Origin: Batkoa obscura
Lineage: Eukaryota
Direction: 5' to 3'
Assembly (NCBI GenBank): GCA_030770535.1
Contig: JASVEC010000010.1
Location: forward strand, 248,001-312,000
Length of the DNA: 64,000 bases
The position numbers and the translations under genes are program-made. Of this stretch, positions 50,942-63,934 are shown one piece after another. The notes beneath the pieces were generated by a model that saw only the letters and a list, made by a program, of their open reading frames with translations, was not told the DNA's origin and did not search any database. The stretch's first letter is position 1. Each line of letters begins with the position of its first letter.

Positions 50942-52795
50942 ATGACTAGTCTAAGAAGTGGAATATTAATCTCTCCTCAATTAGATACTTTTATACGTGA
51001 AGAACGTTCAAAAGATACCTCTTCTGTTCATCTAATCCAAATTAAAGTAACTGATTCCACTCTAGTCCTAGATACCTTTTCTGAAGGTTCCATCCCCATC
51101 ACCATGGCTACTTTCATCGATTCTATAACCCCCAAAGAAGCACGCTTCTATTTCTTACGAGTAAGTAAAGATCAATGGTGTTTTGTATCCTATATCCCTG
51201 ATGGTACAGTTAAAATAAAAGAAAGAATGTTGTATGCAAGTTCAAAACAACAACTAAAGGATTTATTTGGCAGTAAGTTTATTCTATCGGATCACCATTT
51301 TACAAGTGTTTTGGAGATTAAGTCTTCTGGGGAGTATTTAAATAGAGTATTGGGACCAGCAAGCGGGGGTATAAAGGGAGGAAATAAGTTAGCTGATAGA
51401 ATGAAAAATTTAAAAGTTACAGGAGAAGAAAGGAAGGCCCTTTTATCTAAAGTAGAATTAAGTAGGGAAGAAGCAGTAAGTTTTTATATTAATCTTTATA
51501 GTAGTATTTCATTTTTTATGTTAAATAGAGAGAGCAAGAAGATACTGCGAGAGAAGAAATTGCCAAAGCCTTGTTAAATAGAGGAAATGAAGCTGGTAAT
51601 CAACCCAATTTAGCTACATTTAATTCGGGTGGGTTTCATCAAGTGGCTATACCATTATTCGAAAATACTAAACAAAGTATTCAAAAGTTGGGTTTGGGTG
51701 AATTGGCTTGGATTGAAATGGTAATTTTTATTTTCTTTATAATGTTAATAAGAAACAAAATAATATAAGTTTAATATAAATTAATTCAATATTAATTTAT
51801 TGAATTTAATTAGGCTGTTACGGATAAAAAAGATGGAATTGAAGTAATCTCTGAAAAAAACAATGATCAAATTCAATTTTGGAGAAAAGAAAGTTTAATC
51901 CCATTTCCTGAACATAATGAACCTAGGTTTTATCTAACAGTTATTGGGGAACAATATCCAAAAGAAGTTGAAAAGAAAGAAATATCTAAAAATATAAAAC
52001 CTTCAACAATGAAACAACATACTTGGCCTATTGTAAATGAAAATAATAAAATTACGGATGAGGAATTTAAAGACAATAATGAAGAAAAGGAAGAAGACAG
52101 TAAAAGTGATAAAGGAGAAATCGAAAGTCCAATTGAAGAAAAAGATGAACTAGTCGAAGAAAATAATAGTAATAATGAAGAAGAACAAGAACAAAAACAA
52201 GAAGTAGAAAGTAAGATTCGTACAGATCTTACATATGGTAATTATTTATTTATTTATTATTATAATTATTATATGTTTGTCTTTTATTATTAATTTATAG
52301 TACTTATTTATTCTTGTCCGCCAAGTTCACCACCAAGATTAAGAATGGTATATTCGACTACTGTAGCTCAATTAATTACACAAATTCAAAAAGAAAATAT
52401 ACCATTAAATTATAAGGTAAATATAATATTAAGATAATCACAATGATACTATTTATTTAATTTACATTTCTCCCTGATATTAGATTGAATTATTTGATAA
52501 TATACCAAAATTTCAACAAAAATTTCAACTCTTGTATGATAAAATTAGTAATAAAGAAAGTGGAGGAGTGTTTAAATTAGACACTAAATTATCTTTGTCT
52601 CATTTAGTTCATTCTTCTCATCAACAACATAAATTAGATATTAAAAGAGATCAAGAATTGGAAAATTTAAGACCTAAATTTGGTAAGGGATTAGCAGCCA
52701 ATAATGGCCCACATCCATTGTTTGGTGGAATAGCATTGGCCGGGATGACTAATGATAGGAATCAAGCGAAAAATGATTTGTTCGAGAGGAAATAA
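50942..52795 (+). CDS. TWF1: Twinfilin-like protein (two ADF-H domains), about 5 exons
   Basis: FVSYIPDG.VKIKERMLYASSK (ADF-H 1); EPRFY...LIYSCPPSSPPRLRMVYST (ADF-H 2); C-terminal tail with RPKFGK. Confidence 0.8.
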
Positions 52796-53796
52796 AGTGT
52801 TGAAGTTTTTTAGGTTTTATGTAATTTGAGTTTGTATTGGACTTTGAGTTTATTTAATTAGTTGTAGTTTAATTTAGAGAATTTAAAAATATTAAAGTTT
52901 TAAGATGGAATTATTAATAATCTAATGTTCAAATGCTAACTCTCTTTTAAACAAACAAATGTAGGCCATTTTAAATAAAAAACAACCTTAAACCGATATA
53001 ATATAATAACATAATATAGAGTATCAGTTTTAAGTTATAAAATTATATCATAAGAAAAATTAATAAATCATGGAATTATAAATTAATAATTTAATTCAAG
53101 CTATAAATAAGATAAAAAGATATTAAACAATCGAATAATTTCAAATAAGTTAATTGTTTAAATGCTATAAAATAATTCATTTTTAATATGTTAAAATTAA
53201 TAATTAAATTTTAAATAATAAGGTACTAGAACTTTGATTTATTCTTTAAATTGATTTTTATTGAATTTTACATTAAACTTAGTTATGGTGTAAGATGACC
53301 CCAGTATTGGTAAAGAATATAATATTAGTATTAATCTTCTTAAATGCTAATATAGCTATTTATCTAATATTTTATTTTCAATATTCAATACTTATTAGAT
53401 GATAATTTAATAAATGCAATTTTGTTAAATCATAAAAGCAAGTAAACATTTTATTTTTTAGTCAGAACTAAAAATAAAAACTCAATGAAACTTTGAGTTA
53501 CTAATAAAATTGAACCCTTTTCATCTGATAAAGCTTTATAAAAATAAAATCTAACACTTGGCAAATTAAGCTTTAACAGAAACAAGACTTAAATTAATCC
53601 AATTTATCCACATGATTTCTACTATCCATCCATAATTAAACTTGAACAAAAATGTTAAAAAACCTGCAAATTTCGAAGCCCAAATTAGTAAGCTATAAAA
53701 GTAAAGCAATAAATATAAAATTCTCGAATCTCGATTGGAATTTTTTTATACTCATTTGCTTTACATTTAATATCCCAATCTAATTCCCCTAAAAAA

Positions 53797-55021
53797 ATGG
53801 CATTGAACTCAATCAATACTACTACTGTCAATGGTGAACTCATAAAAGAAAACAAAAAACCAGAGTTCGATTTTGGTAGTTCGGGTACCACTAGTGATGC
53901 TGAAATCAATGAAGTTAACGGACAATTCAACAAATTAGATTTAAATAAAAGTTTACAACCACATAGTATGTTAAGAGTTAACTCTGCTGTAGATTTAGAT
54001 GGTTTGTCATGGCCTAGTAAGTGATTGTTATTCTTAATTGTTTATTTGTTTAAAATTAGTAATTAACAAGAAAAGTATGTTTGTTTTTGTGTTTTTTTAC
54101 TGAAATTTTGTTCCAATAGGTAAAGGTACACGTCAAAGAAGTAACGAAACAGAAGAACAAAAAGAAAAGCGATTAAACAAATTGGCTGAGGCTGTTAAAA
54201 CTATGTTAGAATGTGTTGGTGAAGATCCAGAAAGAGAAGGTATATTAAAAACACCAATGAGATATGCCAAAGCTATGTTATTCTTTACTAAAGGCTATGA
54301 ACAGAATATCAAAGGTAATTATTATAAAACTTCAATACTGAAAATCGTTCTAATGAATTTTTATATAGATTTAATTAATGATGCTATGTTTAATGAAGGT
54401 AATAAAGGAGTTTATTTATTGTTTATTATTTATTTTAATTTAACTTTTAATTTTAATTTCATTATTTAGATCATGAAGAAATGGTAATTGTAAAAAATAT
54501 TGATATATTTTCTTTATGTGAACATCATTTAGTACCATTTACTGGAAAGGTAATAACCCGTCTTTGTTAATCAATAATACAAGCAATCTAATAAAAAAAA
54601 TATAGATCTCAATAGGTTATTTACCTAACGGAAAAGTATTAGGATTGAGTAAATTAGCTCGTATAGCAGAAATGTTTTCACGTAGATTACAAGTACAAGA
54701 AAGGTTAACTCGTCAAATTGCTGAAGCTTTAGATGAAATCCTTAAGCCTCAAGGGGTAGCTGTTGTTATGGAATCTAGGTAAGTTAATCTCTTTATTCTT
54801 TATATTTTGTTATTACTACAGCGATCGTGATTTGAGATTTGTTGTTGGTTTCATTTACCTTATCAATTATTAATTAACATCTTATTTAATATAGTCATCT
54901 TTGTATGGTAATGAGAGGAGTACAAAAACCAGGATCTTCGACAGTTACTTCTTGTATGTTAGGTCAATTTCGTAAAGATCCAAAAACAAGGGAAGAATTT
55001 TTGTCCCTTATTAAACATTAG
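53797..55021 (+). CDS. FOL2: GTP cyclohydrolase I, 6 exons
   Basis: [77 protein letters not shown]. Confidence 0.97.
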
Positions 55022-55240
55022 AATTACAATATTATCAATCCATTTAATTGTTTATTTCTATTATATTCAAATACCAATAACATTCGATTATTCTTTTTTT
55101 AAATATATAAATAAAAAGCATAAGTTTTGTAGTTTTATTAAGTTAATAAAAATATAAGATTTAAAAAAAAGGAATCTACATTTTATAAAATAATTGTCGT
55201 ATTTTCTTATTCAAATTAATTTATATTCATACAATTTTAT

Positions 55241-56813
55241 TTAATAAATAACTACTTTATCCCCACCTGCCAAAAAAAACCAAAAAATAGCACCTAAAGA
55301 TCGAATAAATGCAGCTAACCCAAAAATAGAACCCCAACCATAATTGTTTTCTAACATCCAACCAGTTAAATAAACAGCTAATTGACCAGGTAATGTAGCA
55401 AATGTATTACCCAAAGCAAAAATTAACCCTGCGTGATTAGGTGCAATATCATGTTGGTTAGTAGATAAAGAGGCTAAGGTTAAACCTGATAATCCCATTG
55501 TTAAAGTTAACATTAATAAAGCCATATTAATGTTTTTGTCTTGATATATGGTCAAGATCATAAAAATAGAAGGGCCTAACATTCCAATTATTTGGAACCA
55601 AAGTCGAAGTTTGGAAACTGGAATATTTTTTGATTTTTGTAAATAATCTGAATAAAACCCTGCACAGATACCTAGGATTCCTTGGGCAGCATAAGGTAAT
55701 GCTATGAAAAAGAGGGAAATTATTATTTAATTTGATAGAAAATAATGAGTAGAAGATAAATTACCTGAATAAACCCCTAATTCTGTTATTTCTTTTTGGA
55801 ATGTTTGTTGAAAATAAGTAGGTAACCAATTAATTAAGATATAAAAAGACCATGAAGAACAGAATTGATTAGTTAATATAGCCCATACTTCTTTACTTGT
55901 AAATATTTTTATCCATGGAGCGGAGATTATATCTTGATAAAATAAATGAAAGACACTTTTATTTATAATGACAGTTTCTTCATTGCTTTCCTACAGGTAT
56001 TTTAAATAAGAATAATAAATTTAAATTAAACTTACTAAACTTTGGTAATCTTCATAAATCCTACTCTCAGGTTGACTTTTACCAAAATAAAACCAAATCA
56101 AAGTCCAAACTAAACTCATTATACCAAAACAATAAAATATCCATTTCCAATTTTCTTCTGTTGCTAAAGGTGCAGCTATTAAAGCAGCTAATGGTGAACC
56201 TGCATAAGAAAAGGAAGTTAATATTGATACGGCTGTCGATCGTTGATTTTTTAATGCCCACTTTGATATGATGGAATGAGAAGCTGGGAAAGATACACCT
56301 GATTACAATGGTTAGAAAGAGATTATTATAAACGTAAAAATAAATTTTTATTTATTACCTTCTCCTAAACCTAATAAAATTCGAATTAAACATAATCCAC
56401 CCACGCCCCAACTGGAAAATAATGGGGTGATTAAAGTGAATATAGTCCATGATAAACCAGCTTTAATAATAAGAAAAAAACATATAAAAGAATAATAAAT
56501 TACTACTTACCAAAAATTAAGATAGATTTGCCACCATATTTATCCGCTAAAATACCGCCCAATATTTGAGTAATAATATAGCCATAAAAAAAAGAACTTA
56601 ATATTAAACCTTGTTCAGATAAGTTCCAATGAAATTGTTTTGCCATTGGGATAATGGCTAGAGCTAAATTGGAGCGATCTATTTTTTCATTTATTCATTT
56701 GCTTTTTTATAATATATACAGGTTTACTCTATACCTGCATAACTGATTAATAGCCCTATAGATAATAGTAGGATGATTCCAAATTGTTGTTTAGTTAAGG
56801 TAGTGTTTAACAT
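55241..56813 (-). CDS. MFS anion:cation symporter, SLC17/PHT4-like, multi-exon
   Basis: [55 protein letters not shown]...[21 protein letters not shown]...NTFATLPG. Confidence 0.9.
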
Positions 56814-57544
56814 TGAGAAATGACTATTCTTGAGTAGATGCTAATAGATTTTAGTTGAAAAGTTTAAAGTGACTGTTGATTAATTGGTTCCTCTACAAGG
56901 AATTTTTTGAAATTCTTAATCTTTAAAAAAATAGGTAATCAGACTATTACTATTCGGGATTTTAGATCTAATTTTAACTTTAAGCAAAGAATTAAATTTT
57001 GGATTTTTTTACAGAACAGGATTTTGAACTTTATAAATGAAGCAACTATTAGGGTTTTGCTTATAGTTAATAAATTGAATATATACAAAATCTCATATTC
57101 ATTATTTTTTTAATACTTTTTTAAAAATTCACTTTGTAAAAAAATTACATTGTTAAAGATCTAAAATACCAATAATCCGATTATCTCTATTTCCCAGAGA
57201 TTAAAATTTCTAAAATTCCTTCCAAAGGGAAGACACCAAAGTGAGTGTTTTTGCGTAAGTACTAGTGTTTTTTTTTAGTTTATTTGCTTTTTCTCAACCT
57301 TTATCTTCAACAATGATTCCTGTGTCTCGATTGAACCGATAAAGAATTTACTTTCCAGAATTATTATGTTAATTAAATCATAAAGCCCTTCCTTCTTACT
57401 TTTAAAATAAGCTGTTATGTACTCCTTCTTGATATCATCTTTGTAAAGCACCACTTCCCACGATCAATTAGACCATTGTGTATTGAGTATTTTACATAAT
57501 TCAACTCTTCATTTGGAATAATATGTTTACAAAACATTTCACTA

Positions 57545-57645
57545 ATTGGGGAGTATTTTTATATTTAAGAATTTTATTAATAATTTTTCCACTCAAATAG
57601 CGCTTGACAGATGGAAAAGGTGATGAAGTTAAAAAACATCCCTAA
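57545..57645 (+). mobile_element. MITE family copy
   Basis: TGGGGAGTATTTTT...TTTTCCACTCAAATAGCGCTT...AACATCCCTA. Confidence 0.85.
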
Positions 57646-57895
57646 GTGGAAATTTGGCGGATTTCTGAATTTGAAAATTGGCTTAATTTCAGTTGAAGAG
57701 TTTAGAGTGACTGACTGTTGGTTTAACTGGTTAGTTATAAAAAATCATAGAAACAAGTCAGTGGTTAATGCTCATCCCTATTGGGAAGTTGAGAGTTCGA
57801 CTCTTCAGGAAAGTATCAGTTTGGACTTTAGCAAGTACAACTTTGGATGTGATTTTTATTAGTTAGAATCATCTTGATGCTTTCTAAAAGTTATA

Positions 57896-58000
57896 TATGG
57901 GGGTGTTTTTTTTGGTTTCATTACTTTTTCTATTTTCTAAGTACTGTTTAGGTGGAAAAATTTGCTAGCAAATTCTTCAACAAAAAAACACATCCCCATA
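57896..58000 (-). mobile_element. MITE family copy
   Basis: TA-TGGGGGTGTTTTT...CACATCCCCA-TA. Confidence 0.85.
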
Positions 58001-58166
58001 TAAAAAAGTATAGATATAAAACAAAATATAAATTTCGAAGATTTATTAAAGATTATGTATAGTAAATTCTTAAGAAAACAGCGTATCCTAAGATTTAAAG
58101 TAAACTAATTATATTATGTTGATATATTAAAAATGGCTATATTCTTTGTACAAAAATGGTATCAAA

Positions 58167-60759
58167 TTATCCCCAAATCATTCTTGCAAGTATATAGGTA
58201 GTAGAACCTAAAAATCTTATCACAGCTAATACTGCTACAGCCCAGAAAAGGAACACAAGATAACCATTAAACAACCCAGGTATATCTTCTTTAAGTTTGA
58301 AAAGCTTACCCCAATCAATGTTAGTAACCAAAATAATTAAAAGCGCGTTACTAAACATCCATGAAAGAAGCATTCGAGTACGGAATTGCTTGTTAGAATC
58401 TTCTCGTTTAGTTTTAGCATCTCTCTTTTTAACTTCTTCTTTAGGCTTAATTTTGAGTTGTTGGATTAATTTCTCATAATTTGCATTGATATCCACTTGT
58501 TCTGTAGGTACTACAACATTAGCTACTTCCACACCTTGTGCATTAGTCTTAGAATGCACTCCTACTGCACCATGGTCGCCACCAGTATCTCCTTTAGTAC
58601 CCCAACTTACATCATGAGTATTACTAAAAGCATAAACCATTAAAATATTTGTAAATGAGGGAAGCAAGAGAATGTATTGAAGGAAGGAAGTAAACATATG
58701 CCAGGGCTCGAAAAACATAAAGGAAGCAACGAAATAAACACCATAAGTGGAAGCCAAGGAGATAACAATATCACGGAAATTTGAATTATGCACTATCTCA
58801 CTACCAATATCCTTTGCTTTAATATCTTTAACAGCTAAAAAGATGGTCCAACATGTTAAATACATAATTATTATCATAATTAAAGCAAAGAAGATAACAA
58901 CTAAAGTATAAGACGATTTATAACCTTGTGGTCTATTACCAAGGGAGAGTACAAAGATGATAATGATTGATACAAAATAAAAGTATCTCAAAACTGGAAA
59001 TATTACATCACCTTGTCCTCCAAGTGGATCTAATCCCTGTCCTTTTAATGATCTACTAGCCTCGCCCGTATAATTTTTACCAATATAATAAAAGGTAAGA
59101 TAAAAGTTAGCCTATAAAATGAAGATAAGTTTATATATTATTAAATTTTGAACTTTTGCTTACTAAAGTGAACCAACTGAAGCACATATTTACAAAGTTA
59201 TAAAAGAATTCAAACATGAGTAAAATTTTACGGAAAAAGGAATGGGAAGTGCCAAATAATTGATAGAAATGGAAAGTTGCAAAGAAAGCTGCAAAGAAGG
59301 ATCCATTTAACCAACGACGACGTTGAGAAATCAGTTCTGGAAGGGTATCTGGAACATCAGTTTCTGCTTTAGCAGACTAAATAATTTTTAATATAAAGCT
59401 CATAATTATAAAACAATGATTTACCTTGACATATTTTAATACCCATTGACAATTACGTTTAGCAACCAGTTCAAAACAAAGGATACGATCTTCAGCAAGG
59501 TACATATTAGCATCAAAAATACCACCAACTGGGTTATCACCATGCATCAGCTCACCCTTAAAATAAGAAGCCAGTGGACCAACACCAGCTGATGAATTAG
59601 TTAAAGCAGCATAACGATATGCAGAGAAAGCACCAGGTAAAACAGAAATATAACCAAAAACGGATTCCAATGGTTTATCAAGAATATTACTCATTTTGTA
59701 TTCGAAATTTTGGGTAGCAATTAATGGGTTTAATAATTTATGCCACCCTTTTCCAAGCTCCGCATAAATTTCTCCACAAGCACCTCCTAAATTTGGATTC
59801 CTATCAAAGGCTTTCCAAAGGTGATAGATGGAAGTTCCACTTGGCTTGGTGCCCACGTCGATCAATACACACACATTTGGGTTTATAAGGGGTCCAAATG
59901 CATTAAAGAACCAACGATGTGAGTTTAACTTTTTGGCATTCTTTTCTTTAAGACAAAAAATGACTTGAACAGGTACAAGGCCAGAGTCAGCACCACGGAT
60001 ATTTAAATCCGAATCTACCACAATTTGAGTAGTATACTCATAAATATGGGCGGTTGTTGGCTTGCCATTGACGGAGTATTGAGCAATCCCATCTTGATAA
60101 ACACCCATGGCTGCAAGTACTGTTAATACTCTTTCATTGATTTTAGTACGACCATCGGATACAACACAAACAACTACTTTTTGCCAACCATTATCACCCC
60201 AAGTACGGGAACGATTACGACGGCAAAGATGAGCAATATTTTTCATTACTGAAGTCATGGTTTTAGTAAACAAATTTTCGTCTTCATTATACATAGTTAA
60301 TACAATAAATAATTCAGTACTACGACCGTATAAAGCAGGACGTAAAGTAAACCTATCTTTTAAAAAATCATCTGGGTCACAAGTAGCAGCAGTATATCTC
60401 ATATGGGTAAATTCTTCACCCTCTTTATAAAAAGCGTTTTGTAAAACAGGATCAGGAACACGGCAATCAAGAACTAAATTACCGGAAGTAAGTGCAACAG
60501 TTCTCATACTTTTACGCCTTCTAGCTTGATATTCTTGAAACTTTCTAGAGTTTGGTGGAGGCGCTTGACTTACATCATAAAGTTGGTTAAGCCTATCCTC
60601 ATCATGTACGGGGGAGGGTATATCAAAACCCACATTCTTATTAGGATCCATTGAATTTAAAGGAATGGATTGATTGGAATCAGAACGATCTAAAAACTTT
60701 TCTTCTGTTGTATTATCAAAAGAAGAATTAAATGGGTTCCCATTATTTTGACCAGACAT
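58167..60759 (-). CDS. Chitin synthase, division 1 (class I/II-like), 3 exons (60759-59425, 59376-59164, 59111-58167)
   Basis: [53 protein letters not shown] (exon 2), HDVSWGTKG; no myosin motor domain. Confidence 0.97.
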
Positions 60760-62324
60760 TTTAAGGGTGAAAATGAAAAGGGATTGGATGAAACTTGAAC
60801 GTTAAATCTCGAACTATTTAAGGTGGAGCCAATCCTTTAAAATTAAATAATGGGTTATTTTTATTTCTCAAGAAAATAGTAACGGAGCTATTTCAACCAA
60901 TCAAGATAGGCTCTATTTTGTTATAAATGGATTTATTTGTTATGCTTAATATGAGCCACTAATAATTTAAAATGAGAATCATATTAATTAATTGAGAATA
61001 GTAATTTATTATTTTACACATTACATGATTAGATTTGTTTGTTTACATCAAAACTGTGATTAATTATATAATTTGACTTGACTATAAGTGAAGAGATACA
61101 ACGATTGTTCTTATTAAACGATAAAACGAAAATTAATAAAAACACATACCTTTTAATAACTTTTGTTACAATAAGGCTGTAATCAAATGTTTAAAATTGG
61201 CTCTATTTTGTAATAAAAAAGGGAGATAAATTGATTTTACTTAAACAAGTTAAATATGTGCATTACTTCCAAGTTACTTAGAATCAAAGCCAAGGTTAAA
61301 TTCCTTTGCCATTGAAAATTTCCTTAAGCTTCAAATATAATAATTGAATGTCATGCTTAATTTAGTATATACACCATAAATGATTTATATTGAAGCAATT
61401 TTATTAAGATGGTTTATTATATGTAAAATTCATATACTAAGAGAATTAAATCATTGAAAATAGTAAATTATAAAGATGCTTTTTAAAACCACTCTTGGCT
61501 GATTAGTTGATTAGATGTTGTTATATTTCTATTGTATATAAGCTGTAACTCATGTATGCTTTATTAATTTAATTATATTATGATAATAGTCATATATTCA
61601 ATTTTAATTTATTAATATTGTAATGTATTATCTTATTGATTTAAAAAGTAAATACACTCGTTTTAAATGAATTCATCAAATTTAATTTACCGCTTTGTGA
61701 TGATTTAATTAAAATCCAAGAACTTTTTTTAATCAAGCTTTATGATTCAAAATTGCTAAAAATAAAATAAAATATATAAATATTATATTATGATCTTTTT
61801 AATATATTATAAGCTTTGATCTTTATAATTTTTTTAATTCAAATAAGTATGTTTTATTTATGGACTCCTATTAGTATGCTAATAAAATATTCAAAGTAAT
61901 ATTATAAAATAAAATTAAAAATATTTATATTAATATTTTTTGTTTTTATTTTACATAAAATTTAATTTATAGCTATATTGAATCTATAACTTATTTTTTA
62001 TTTTTTATTTAAATTTGCTATAAAAAGTTTTATTTTTTCAAGTTTGTATTTAAAAGTTATGTGTTATTATATTTAATAACATTTCTTTATATACAACACT
62101 TTAATATAAAGTATAGAAAAAACTTTTATTATAAGATCTGTTTTTTAAGTATTATTATGTTTAGTTTTAATAAATTTAGTATTACTTTTTTATTATTTAC
62201 TATTATAAAAGTTAGTATTCAATGATTAAAGTTAAAAAGCAGCTTTGCTCAATTAACCAGCTATAATTTGAAAAGTCTTAGTTTATGTAACTAAGGTAAA
62301 CTTAAATAAAAATAGTATGTAGTA

Positions 62325-62432
62325 TATGGGAGTGTATTTTTGTGTTTAAGAATTTTGCTAATAATTTTTCCGCTCAAATAGCACTTAAAAAAATGGAAAA
62401 AAAGTGATGAAGCCAAAAAAAGTATCCCCATA
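62325..62432 (+). mobile_element. MITE family copy, close to consensus
   Basis: TA-TGGGAGTGTATTTTTGTGTTTAAGAATTTTG...GTATCCCCA-TA. Confidence 0.88.
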
Positions 62433-62470
62433 TAATAAACTATGTGCTATATAGAACAAATAAAATAAAA

Positions 62471-62575
62471 GATGAGATGTGTTTTTTTTGTTTAAGAATT
62501 TTACTGATAATTTCTCCGCTCAAATAGTGCTTAAAAGATGGAAAAAGTAATAAAACCAAAAAAATCATCCTCGGA
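62471..62575 (+). mobile_element. MITE family copy, ends degenerate
   Basis: GAGATGTGTTTTT...CCGCTCAAATAGTGCTTAAAAGATGGAAAAAG...CATCCTC. Confidence 0.82.
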
Positions 62576-62908
62576 TATTATTATAAAAAATATACAATAC
62601 TATAGAACTCAGTAGCTTTATTAAAGTTAAAATACCAGTAAATAATTTAGTTGAAAAGCTTTAAGTTACTATATCAAAAACTATATTTTATATTTCAATT
62701 GGGTAGCTACATATGGAACATAATAATAGTTATAGTTTACTATTATAGTTGCTAAATATAGATATTAAAATAAGGAGATAATATTCTTTTCAATTAGATA
62801 ATAAAAATTCTCACAGCAAATCAAAACAAAAAGCTGAACGCTATTTTTTCTAAAGCTTTATAATAAATCGTTAAATATTTAAAAAATTATATTGCTACTG
62901 AAGAAATA

Positions 62909-63017
62909 TATGAGGATTTTTTTTAGCTTCATTACTTTCTCCATTTTTTAAGCACTATTTGAGTGGAAAGATTATTATTATTAGTAAAGTTCTTAAATGA
63001 AAAAACACATCCCTATA
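62909..63017 (-). mobile_element. MITE family copy
   Basis: TA-TGAGGATTTT...AAGCACTATTTGAGTGGAAA...CACATCCCTA-TA. Confidence 0.85.
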
Positions 63018-63294
63018 TTTTATAATAATTATAGGCTTTATTATTTTTAAGATAACTATATTTTATAACTTTGGTATTATCTATAAATCTAGTAAAAATT
63101 GTCGAAATACATTTAATTATTATTATTATTAATTTTTATAATTTATTAAGCAATAAAAAAGCAACTATATTAGTATTTTAAGTTGATTGAATAGTTTAAA
63201 AATTATATATAAAGTAAGATCTTTTATAGATATATTAATAGTAACTATCTTTTTTATATTAAGTTTTAAAAAGCTTAAAATTCTTATGATATTA

Positions 63295-63394
63295 TAAGAG
63301 GATGTAGTTTTTTGTTTAATTTTACTAACAATCTTTCCACTCAAATAGCGCCTAAAAAATGGAAAAGTAATGGAATCAAAAAAACATCCTCATA
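63295..63394 (+). mobile_element. MITE family copy
   Basis: TA-AGAGGATGTAG...CCACTCAAATAGCGCC...ACATCCTCA-TA. Confidence 0.85.
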
Positions 63395-63745
63395 TTAAAA
63401 ATCGATAATACCTGAATTATAGAATTTTGTGTAAATACTTTTTAAGCACTTTTAAAAATTAAATAATATGCTTGATAAAGAAATTTTAGTTTGATTTTTG
63501 TATACTAAAATAATTATGTTTAAATTATATTTTTTATGTTTTTATAATTGGGCAAAATATTAAAATCAAAAATAACTTTATTAATAGGTGATATAATAAT
63601 ATAATTTATAATAAAATTATTTTAAGTAGTTTCACTATATGATTTTTAGTAAATGTTTAAATACTTTTATAATTTTTTATGTAATTTGTAACTACTACAA
63701 ATTATTTCAACATTTTATATAATCTATTTATTATTATATATAGGA

Positions 63746-63848
63746 TATGGGGATATTTTTTGGTTTCATCACTTTTTCCATTTTTTAAGTACTATTTAAG
63801 TGGAAAGATTATTAGTATAATTCTTAAACACAAAAATACATCCCCATA
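63746..63848 (-). mobile_element. MITE family copy
   Basis: TA-TGGGGATATTTTTTGG...AATACATCCCCA-TA. Confidence 0.88.
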
Positions 63849-63934
63849 TTTTTTTTGGCTTTAATATTTATTTTATTTTTTAAAATATTTTCTGCTTAAT
63901 AATGCTTAACAAATTTTTAAAAAAGACATCTTTA

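Larger units (their letters stand above)
62204..62700 (-). mobile_element. Decayed copy of the 42.4-43.3 kb LTR, interrupted by two MITEs
   Basis: Colinear matches: TCTTAGTTTATGTAACTAAG (vs ...ATGTGACTAAG), CTATATAG, AGTAGCTTTATTAAAG, AATAATTTAGTT, AAGTTACTATAT. Confidence 0.65.

Noticed and set aside
41247..57862. ORFs 41247..41429, 44639..44866 and 57611..57862
   Set aside because: Each overlaps a MITE copy and shows no protein motif; considered spurious.
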